Shown here one piece after another: positions 10,293-17,104 of a DNA stretch of 64,000 nt. The translations under genes and the position numbers were made by a program. The stretch lies in assembly GCA_910584985.1 (NCBI GenBank), contig CAJUDJ010000002.1, forward strand, positions 70,411 through 134,410, in the 5' to 3' direction. The first letter of the stretch is position 1, and each line of letters opens with the position of its first letter. The stretch comes from an uncultured Eubacterium sp. GTDB lineage: Bacteria > Bacillota > Clostridia > Oscillospirales > Acutalibacteraceae. The notes beneath the pieces are model-generated. The model did no database searches and was not told the origin of the DNA. It was given only the letters and a program-made list of their open reading frames with translations.

Positions 10293-10500
10293 ATTATGCC
10301 TTGCTGTTACGATAGATTTATGATAAAATGCAATAGAGAACAATTATATTTATACGCAATACCTTATTTAAAAAATATGAAATGAATATAATCACAAACA
10401 ACTGCGAAGCCTTCCGGGAAAATCCCATGTTAGCAATACAAAAATTAAACAACATAAATTTAAAAATTTTTATCACAAAAATCAGATTTTAAGGGATATA

Positions 10501-11035
10501 GTGTATATGATAGGATTATTTTTAAATCTGCTTGATACCCAAACAGAAAAAGAAAAGTTTATAGAACTTTATGATACATACAAGGATTTATTATACTGGA
10601 TAGCGCTGAAAAGAACAAACTGCAATGAAGATGCCGAAGAATGCGTGCAGGAAACTTTTTTCTATATTGCAAAGCATTTTGAAAAAATCAATGATGTAAA
10701 TTCCAAAAAAACTAAAATTTACTTGTCAACAATCGTTACAGGATTTGCAATAAATATATATAATCATTCCAATAGAACAGATATTATAGAAATAGATAAT
10801 GAAAATGAAACCACAGATTTAAAGTATTTTGAAAATTTTCAGAAAATTGAATTGTTATCCGTTCTGAATAAGGCTTTAGATGAAGAAAGCAGAGTGTTTT
10901 TTTACTTAAAATATTTGTATAACTATAAAAGCAAAGAAATAGCGGAAGTATATTAAGGTAAAAGATTCCTATGTACGAAAGAAATTGGAATATGCAAGAA
11001 GAAAATTAAGAAAACAATTAGAGGAAAGGATTTGA
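10501..11035 (+). pseudogene. ECF-like sigma-70 family factor interrupted by a +1 frameshift in region 4.2
   Basis: Frame 0 (10501-10956) encodes region 2 and the first helix of region 4 (...VFFYLKYLYNYKSKEIAEVY*). The +1 frame (open from 10943, stop at 11033-11035) encodes the missing recognition helix and tail, IKVKDSYVRKKLEYARRKLRKQLEERI. The shift must lie within 10943-10954 (GTATATTAA). Confidence 0.7.
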
Positions 11036-11039
11036 TAAA

Positions 11040-11654
11040 GTGTCTGTATTTGAAGATGCGCTGTGGCTTTCAGGTGAACAATGGATTGAGTCATTTCCGG
11101 CAGATTTGCCGAAACATAAATTCAGCAAAAAACATAACAAAGTAATAAATAATATAATTTATGGAGAACAAGATAATGCTAAAGTCAAATTATCAAAAGG
11201 AACAATTAAAATTTTGCTGATTGCAGCCATTTTACTCGCACTTGCAACAACGGTATTTGCTGTTCCTGCAGGCAGAGAATATATTGTTGAAAAATTCTTT
11301 AATCATGCAGAATATACCGTGATTAATGCCGGCGATTTAAAAAAGGTAACATCTTTAAAATTGAATTATATTCCAGCCGGATTTGAAAAAACAGAAGATT
11401 ACGGATATGCATATATCTATGAAAATATTGATAAATCCTTTTTAGTGCAAAAATGCGAATTATCAACACTTGTTGGTTTTGATACGGAAAATTATGATTG
11501 TGAAAACATAACAATAAACGGATTTGATGCTATTTTTTACAGATCACTTAATGAGTTTAAAGGCATAATTTTTAATAATGGCGAATACATATTTTTAGTA
11601 GATGGTAACATTGAAAAAGATGAGCTTGTTAAAATTGCACAAAATTTAAATTGA
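11040..11654 (+). CDS. Single-pass membrane protein, DUF4367-type anti-sigma-like partner
   Basis: 204 aa with a GTG start 4 nt after the +1-frame stop of the sigma gene. One TM segment (IKILLIAAILLALATTVFAV). The extracytoplasmic C-terminal domain ends ...NGEYIFLVDGNIEKDELVKIAQNLN, as is typical of DUF4367. Confidence 0.75.
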   Translation: MSVFEDALWLSGEQWIESFPADLPKHKFSKKHNKVINNIIYGEQDNAKVKLSKGTIKILLIAAILLALATTVFAVPAGREYIVEKFFNHAEYTVINAGDLKKVTSLKLNYIPAGFEKTEDYGYAYIYENIDKSFLVQKCELSTLVGFDTENYDCENITINGFDAIFYRSLNEFKGIIFNNGEYIFLVDGNIEKDELVKIAQNLN

Positions 11655-11662
11655 TTGTTTGT

Positions 11663-11698
11663 AAAAGAAGTCTAAATTCAGACTTCTTTTATTTTTTT
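11663..11698 (+). terminator. Intrinsic terminator after the sigma/anti-sigma pair
   Basis: AAAAGAAGTC-taaattca-GACTTCTTTT hairpin followed by a T run. Confidence 0.7.
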
Positions 11699-11767
11699 AT
11701 CACAAAATGGATTATTTTAATGATTATGTGTAATGAGAGGATATTTTGTGAAAGGAGGCGAAAAGAG

Positions 11768-12178
11768 ATGGTTAAACATCAGAACTTTTTCAAAATGCTT
11801 GTAATGTGTATGTTATCGTGTTTACTTGTATGCAGCAATGCCACAACGGTTCGCGCTGCGGCTAATAATAACACATATGGGATTACCCCGCTTTATACAA
11901 TCATTTTAAGCAATACAGCAAGTCTGACAATATCAGGCATAAAAGCAGAATGTAAAGCAGCTGTTAAATCCAATACATCGGTAGCACTTAAAATCAAAAT
12001 GGAATTGCAGAAAGAAAAGTCAAACGGATATGAAACCGTTGAAACATGGACAAGCAGCAAAACGGGAACTTATCTGGCAATGTCTGAATCAAGAAATATT
12101 AATATATTCAGCACATACAGATTAAAAGTTACATTTACAGCAGGAAATGAAACCGAAGTGGTTTATAGGTATAAGTAA
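11768..12178 (+). CDS. Small exported protein, no recognised family
   Basis: Start moved to ATG 11768 (AGGAGG at 11753-11758). The 136 aa protein has a signal peptide (MVKHQNFFKMLVMCMLSCLLVCSNATTVRA) and a beta-rich mature part. Confidence 0.6.
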   Translation: MVKHQNFFKMLVMCMLSCLLVCSNATTVRAAANNNTYGITPLYTIILSNTASLTISGIKAECKAAVKSNTSVALKIKMELQKEKSNGYETVETWTSSKTGTYLAMSESRNINIFSTYRLKVTFTAGNETEVVYRYK

Positions 12179-12311
12179 GATTATGTATTAGCCGATTAAA
12201 GTAAAAAGCAATACTTTTAAAATGAAGGAGGTGTTTCCGATGATTTAAGTTAATTTCATCTAATCAAATCAACAAATACATATAAAAATTTAAAATAAAG
12301 GAGATTTTATT

Positions 12312-12950
12312 ATGATTAAAAGAATAACAAGTTTGTTTTTGGCATTTACTATACTCACAACATGTTTAATTGGTGCAACAAATATGTATGCATCTGATAA
12401 CAAGTATTATAATGAAAAAAGTGAAACCGTAATATATGACGGCATTGAATACAAATATATTGATGAATTTGTCAATGGCAAAGAAATTACCCATATACTT
12501 AATTTAACTAATAATACAGAAGATATATTGTATTTTGATGAAGTTAATGGTATTATTTATTTAAATGATGAACCCATTGCATTTGTAGAAGATGTGATTT
12601 TATCAGAAAACATTTCTTCAGAAACAGGAATAAGTCCTTTGGCAGGAGATAGTTACTGGGGATATAACGGTACAACAACAAAACGCATAACCTGGGCTCA
12701 GGGAGTGGCTGCCGCTGTCCTCGCCGGAATTATTGCAGCAGTTATTCCGAATGTTGGTAAAGTTGCTGTAATATTAAAAATAGGTCTTTCTGCTTTAGGT
12801 GTTGTTGCAGCAGCGTGCGGTGGCGCATATGTGGATTGTGCTTCTTATTCTCATGTATTAATGGATGGTAAAATAGAATTCCGTTTAGATTGGACTTTTA
12901 GACCAAGCACCGGAGATGTATATGGTCCATACAGTAAATACATTCTTTAA
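12312..12950 (+). CDS. Exported protein with a C-terminal Gly/Ala-rich hydrophobic helical hairpin, no recognised family
   Basis: 212 aa. SD AAAGGAG and signal peptide MIKRITSLFLAFTILTTCLIGATNMYA. Hydrophobic segment: AQGVAAAVLAGIIAAVIPNVGKVAVILKIGLSALGVVAAACGGAY. Confidence 0.65.
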   Translation: MIKRITSLFLAFTILTTCLIGATNMYASDNKYYNEKSETVIYDGIEYKYIDEFVNGKEITHILNLTNNTEDILYFDEVNGIIYLNDEPIAFVEDVILSENISSETGISPLAGDSYWGYNGTTTKRITWAQGVAAAVLAGIIAAVIPNVGKVAVILKIGLSALGVVAAACGGAYVDCASYSHVLMDGKIEFRLDWTFRPSTGDVYGPYSKYIL

Positions 12951-12985
12951 ATTATGAAACAAAATAAGATAAACAAGGTGTTATT

Positions 12986-13216
12986 ATGAGCAAAAAGAAG
13001 TTTTATATAATTACCACTTGCTGCTTAATAGCAGCTATAATCGCATTTCAAATTATTATGTATTATATTGCAGGGGAGGAAGCCCTTTTAACACGCGGAA
13101 AACTACGCGCCTTTTGGCTTTCTTTCCCCATCGTTTTCCTCTGTTTGTCTTTCCTGCGGGATTTTATTATCAAAAAGAAATTCAGCAGTATTGATAATGA
13201 AGATAAGAAAAAATAA
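12986..13216 (+). CDS. Small two-TM membrane protein
   Basis: 76 aa, with AAGGTG 6 nt upstream and only 35 nt after the previous gene. It has two hydrophobic helices and a Lys-rich tail. Confidence 0.5.
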   Translation: MSKKKFYIITTCCLIAAIIAFQIIMYYIAGEEALLTRGKLRAFWLSFPIVFLCLSFLRDFIIKKKFSSIDNEDKKK

Positions 13217-13267
13217 ATTCAGCGAACATAAATACACATTTTTGTTCGTCTGCTCTAAAGAAGCAAC

Positions 13268-13301
13268 AAAAAACCGTTTACCAAGTATGGTAAACGGTTT
13301 T
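13268..13301. terminator. Bidirectional intrinsic terminator (island operon / cadA)
   Basis: AAAAACCGTTTACC-aagta-TGGTAAACGGTTTT between convergent genes. Confidence 0.7.
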
Positions 13302-13318
13302 AATGTCTTTATATAGGT

Positions 13319-15319
13319 TTATTTTCTCTTTTTATAATACATTGCCCTTAAGGAGTTTGCAACAGCAATCAGGCACACGCCCACATCGCCGAAAACGGCA
13401 AGCCACATTGCATTTTCATCAAAGATTCCCACGGCACAACCAATGATAATCAGAAATTTCACGCCAATGCTGAAAATGATATTCTGCTTAACAATGCCCA
13501 TCGTTTTGCGTGCAATTCTTCTGCCAACCGGGATTTTTGAAAGGCTGTCGCCCATAATCACCACATCTGCTGCTTCAATGGCCGCATCCGCGCCGATACC
13601 GCCCATGGCAACGCCAAGGTCTGCTTCTGCCAGAACGGGGGCATCATTTATGCCATCGCCTGTATACAGCACCACGGCATTTTCATCCTGTTTAAGCGCT
13701 CTTACCTTTTCAACCTTTTCATCCGGCAGAAGCTTTGCATAATAACTGTCTATACCTGCCTTCTGCGCTATATCCTTTGCAATCGGCTCTTTATCACCCG
13801 TAAGCATAACTGTTTTATTAATGCCCAGCTTTTTCATTTCGGAAACGGCAGCCTTGCTGTCTGTTTTAATCACATCCGCAAACACAATATCACCCAAAAA
13901 TTCATCTTCGCTGCACAAATAAATTGCTGTTCCGATAAGCTGTGTTTCCTTATAATCAACCCCTGCCATTTCCATAAGCTTTTCATTGCCGGCATAGTAT
14001 TTTTTGCCGTTAATCACTGCCGAAACACCCTTTCCGGCATAATTTCTGGAATCCGTTACCTGCAGATTATCGGCAAAATGCCCGAATGCAAGGCTTACGG
14101 ATTTTGCAATCGGATGATTGGAATACCTTTCACACGCCGCAATCAGCCCCAGAAGCTCTCTGTGCTCGGAAGCATCGCCGCAGTGGCAGTTAATACATTC
14201 ACAGCTTACAAACTCAAACTTTCCGCTTGTGATTGTGCCCGTTTTATCAAACACACCCACATTGCATTTAGCAAGCATTTCAAGATAATTGCTTCCTTTT
14301 ATAAGAATGCCCTGCTTTGATGAAGCGCCGAGCCCTGCAAAAAAACCGAGCGGAATGGAAATCACAATCGCACACGGGCAGGAAACAACAAGCGCAGAAA
14401 GTCCTCTGTAAGCCCATTCACTCCATTCACCGCCGAAGAACAGCGGCGGCACAACAATAATCAGAAGTGCAATCAGGCAAACCACCGGCGTGTAGATTTT
14501 TGCAAAGCGGCTGATAAATTTTTCAGCACTGCTTTTTTTGCTTGTGCCCTCTATCATTTCCAGTATTCTTGCAACTGTTGATTCGCTGTATATTTTTGTT
14601 GCTTTAATTGTAAGCGTGCCGTCCAGATTCACAGAGCCTGAAAGCACTTCGCTTCCCTCTGCCATCGAAACAGGTATGCTTTCGCCTGTAAGTGCAGACA
14701 TATCAACCTCTGCACTGCCCTTTACAATCACACCGTCAAGCTCTATCTTCTGCCCGGCATTAACGATAAACTCTTCGCCTGCAAGCACTTCCTCCGGCTT
14801 AATCTCCGCATTTTTTCCGTTTCGGATAACCGTAACCGTCTGCGGCTTCATCGCAATCATATCAGAAATGGATTTTCTGCTTTTTCCCACAGCAAGGTCC
14901 TGCAGAAATTCACCTATTGTGTAAAGAAGCACAACGGCACAGCCTTCCGTATATTCTCCGATAACAAATGCACCCAAAGAAGCGATTGCCATCAGAAAGT
15001 TTTCATTAAACACATTTCCGTGAATAATGCCTTCAACCGCTTCTTTGATAATATTAAAACCGATAACCAAATAGGAAATTCCAAAGCAAATCATCGGAAT
15101 ATATTCGTTTATTTCTGTAAATTCATGCAGTATGTAGCCCAGCACAAGAAAAATACCGCCGCATATAATTTTAAACAGAAATACACCCTTGTTTGCCTCG
15201 CCGCCGTGCGCATGATCGTGTCCGCAGCCGCAGCCGTCATCATGATGTGCGTGATTATGTTCGTGTTCACAGCAGGCACATTCGCTGCTGCCGTGTTTAT
15301 GTTTGTTTTTATCTGCCAT
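13319..15319 (-). CDS. cadA: Heavy-metal (Zn/Cd/Co-type) translocating P1B-type ATPase
   Basis: 666 aa. Motifs: SCPCAIV (CPC), FDKTGTIT, SNHP, TGDGINDAP. The N-terminus is a His/Cys-rich tract rather than a ferredoxin-fold HMA domain. Confidence 0.93.
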   Translation of the reverse strand: MADKNKHKHGSSECACCEHEHNHAHHDDGCGCGHDHAHGGEANKGVFLFKIICGGIFLVLGYILHEFTEINEYIPMICFGISYLVIGFNIIKEAVEGIIHGNVFNENFLMAIASLGAFVIGEYTEGCAVVLLYTIGEFLQDLAVGKSRKSISDMIAMKPQTVTVIRNGKNAEIKPEEVLAGEEFIVNAGQKIELDGVIVKGSAEVDMSALTGESIPVSMAEGSEVLSGSVNLDGTLTIKATKIYSESTVARILEMIEGTSKKSSAEKFISRFAKIYTPVVCLIALLIIVVPPLFFGGEWSEWAYRGLSALVVSCPCAIVISIPLGFFAGLGASSKQGILIKGSNYLEMLAKCNVGVFDKTGTITSGKFEFVSCECINCHCGDASEHRELLGLIAACERYSNHPIAKSVSLAFGHFADNLQVTDSRNYAGKGVSAVINGKKYYAGNEKLMEMAGVDYKETQLIGTAIYLCSEDEFLGDIVFADVIKTDSKAAVSEMKKLGINKTVMLTGDKEPIAKDIAQKAGIDSYYAKLLPDEKVEKVRALKQDENAVVLYTGDGINDAPVLAEADLGVAMGGIGADAAIEAADVVIMGDSLSKIPVGRRIARKTMGIVKQNIIFSIGVKFLIIIGCAVGIFDENAMWLAVFGDVGVCLIAVANSLRAMYYKKRK

Positions 15320-15326
15320 AATTCCT

Positions 15327-15611
15327 TCACTCCTCTATGTGTTCTATTCCACAGTTTATAATTGTTTTAACATGCGCATCAGCCAGAGAATACACAATCT
15401 GCTTTCCGTCCCGCTTATATTTAACAAGATGGTTTTGCTTCAGTATTCTGAGCTGATGGGAAACTGCAGTCTGGCTTACGCCGGTTGTTGCAGTGATTTC
15501 CGTTACATTAAGCCCGCTGTCAAAAAGAGAACATAAAATCTTTACCCTTGTGGAATCAGAAAAGATTTTAAATAAATCCGCAAGGTCATAAATCAGTTCC
15601 TCATTGAGCAT
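15327..15611 (-). CDS. cadC: ArsR/SmtB-family metalloregulator (CzrA/CadC-like)
   Basis: Start set to ATG 15611 (GAGGTG at 15618-15623, 6 nt spacer). Winged-helix motif: TRVKILCSL...VSQTAVSHQLRILK. C-terminal DAH...EH residues resemble an alpha-5 metal site. Confidence 0.88.
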   Translation of the reverse strand: MLNEELIYDLADLFKIFSDSTRVKILCSLFDSGLNVTEITATTGVSQTAVSHQLRILKQNHLVKYKRDGKQIVYSLADAHVKTIINCGIEHIEE

Positions 15612-15622
15612 ATACATCACCT

Positions 15623-15648
15623 CTCATATGAATAGTTGTTCATATGAG
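15623..15648 (-). promoter_or_regulatory. Candidate ArsR/SmtB operator
   Basis: Perfect 10-6-10 inverted repeat CTCATATGAA-tagttg-TTCATATGAG between the promoter -10 and the cadC SD. It contains a TGAA-N6-TTCA core like the CzrA/SmtB 12-2-12 boxes. Confidence 0.65.
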
Positions 15649-15649
15649 C

Positions 15650-15678
15650 ATTATATGCTATTTATCAAACAATGTCAA
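15650..15678 (-). promoter_or_regulatory. Consensus sigma-A promoter of cadC-cadA
   Basis: The minus strand reads TTGACA (15678-15673), a 17 nt spacer, then TATAAT (15655-15650). It lies inside the last codons of the upstream DUF421 gene. Confidence 0.65.
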
Positions 15679-16329
15679 TACCCCATTTGAATCCATTACA
15701 CCAAGAAAAATATTTTTAATATCCTTTTCCTGGCTTTTCACGCGATTAATCAGTTCGCTTCTGTCTATTCCCGCATCTGCAAGGTCATCTTCCATAATTT
15801 TACCGTCCATAATGACATTAACCGATAATCCCTCATTTTCAGGTGCAAAATTGAAATCCTTCGGATTAAGCGGCCGTTTCAGCGGAACCGGCATAAAGCT
15901 TATATTCCCCGTGGTTTCCATAATGGCATAATTCACATCCGAAATATTAAAATATCCGGCTGTTCTTGCGGATGTTAAAAGATCATTCAGTTCTATTCTT
16001 GCTTTTCTGAGATTTCTTTTATAGATTTTTCCCTGATAGATCAGTACAATCGGGCTTCCTGTGATAATAAGGCGTGCAGCCGTGCTTTTCTGGGAAATAA
16101 CCGTAAAAATAATATCCAGAAGTGCATAAATAACCATTGCCGTTACACCCTTCCACCATTCCATATCTATATTGGTAGACATTTCGGCAGCAATAGATCC
16201 GATTGTAATAGCCACAACATAGTCAAAAAACGAAAGTTCTGAAATTGCCCTGTATCCCATAATCCTTGAAAGTATAAACAAAACCAGAAAAGAAACAAGT
16301 CCAAGAATAACAATATTTAAAAATTCCAT
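15658..16329 (-). CDS. DUF421 (YetF-like) membrane protein
   Basis: 223 aa. Three N-terminal TM helices (..SELSFFDYVVAITIGSIAAE..) and a soluble C-terminal domain, matching YetF-family architecture. Confidence 0.8.
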   Translation of the reverse strand: MEFLNIVILGLVSFLVLFILSRIMGYRAISELSFFDYVVAITIGSIAAEMSTNIDMEWWKGVTAMVIYALLDIIFTVISQKSTAARLIITGSPIVLIYQGKIYKRNLRKARIELNDLLTSARTAGYFNISDVNYAIMETTGNISFMPVPLKRPLNPKDFNFAPENEGLSVNVIMDGKIMEDDLADAGIDRSELINRVKSQEKDIKNIFLGVMDSNGVLTLFDK

Positions 16330-16395
16330 TTAATCACCTTTAAATAATTTTTTATTATTATTTACCAAAAAAATGTTTTCATTATAAAAAATTTA

Positions 16396-16404
16396 TGGTA
16401 TAAT
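16396..16404 (+). promoter_or_regulatory. Extended -10 element upstream of the CDF-like gene
   Basis: TGgTATAAT lies 36 nt upstream of ATG 16440. No good -35 was seen. Confidence 0.4.
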
Positions 16405-16439
16405 AACCAAATAATTCATTTGTAAGAAAAGGAGATTTT

Positions 16440-17048
16440 ATGGGCAAAAGAGGTATAAAAATTGCCGCCTTTGGCATAGTATGCAACTTTCTGCTGTTTT
16501 TAGTAAAGCTTTTTGTTGGAATAAGCTCTAATTCCCTTGCTGTGTACTGCGATTCAATAAACAACCTTGGCGATATTTTTGCAAGCCTTATCGCACTGTT
16601 CGGATTTATTTTTATCCTGAAATCAAAAACAAATCCGCAAAAGAACAGCAGGGTTCAGGCGCTTTGCTCTTTTGTTATAGGAAGCATTGTTGCCGTTACC
16701 GGTGCATATTGTGTATATACAGGGCTTGAAAGATTTATATATCCCGTGCTTGTTTCCTATTCCTTTAAATACGCCATGCTGATTCTGCTTACGGCCTTTG
16801 TAAAACTGGTGATGGCAATGGTTTATATTATGGGAAACCGAAAATCTCCGTCCCCTGTATATAAAGCACTTATTTTAGACAGTTTTCTTGATTTCGGAAT
16901 TACAATTATGGCTGTTCTTGGCTTTTTCCTGATTCAGAAGCTGAATTATGCGGTTGACGGTGTTTTCGGAATTGTAATCGGGCTTATCATTCTTTTCAAT
17001 TCTGCAAAATCTGTTTTTGAACAGGCAAAATATCTTATAAATAATTAA
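16440..17048 (+). CDS. Cation diffusion facilitator-like transporter, membrane domain only
   Basis: 202 aa with six predicted TM helices. TM2 reads CDSINNLGD (NxxxD) and TM5 reads LDSFLD (DxxxD). The ORF stops right after TM6 with no cytoplasmic C-terminal domain. Confidence 0.7.
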   Translation: MGKRGIKIAAFGIVCNFLLFLVKLFVGISSNSLAVYCDSINNLGDIFASLIALFGFIFILKSKTNPQKNSRVQALCSFVIGSIVAVTGAYCVYTGLERFIYPVLVSYSFKYAMLILLTAFVKLVMAMVYIMGNRKSPSPVYKALILDSFLDFGITIMAVLGFFLIQKLNYAVDGVFGIVIGLIILFNSAKSVFEQAKYLINN

Positions 17049-17104
17049 ATGGCCGGTTCTGGAAAGATTCTGACCTTATTGCGCAAAAAGAAAGGGGTAA
17101 TTTT

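Noticed and set aside
10297-10386. 29-codon ORF (MPCCYDRFMIKCNREQLYLYAIPYLKNMK) right after the ppdK terminator.
   Set aside because: Its ATG lies in the terminator's T tract with no SD, and its composition is typical of random AT-rich DNA.
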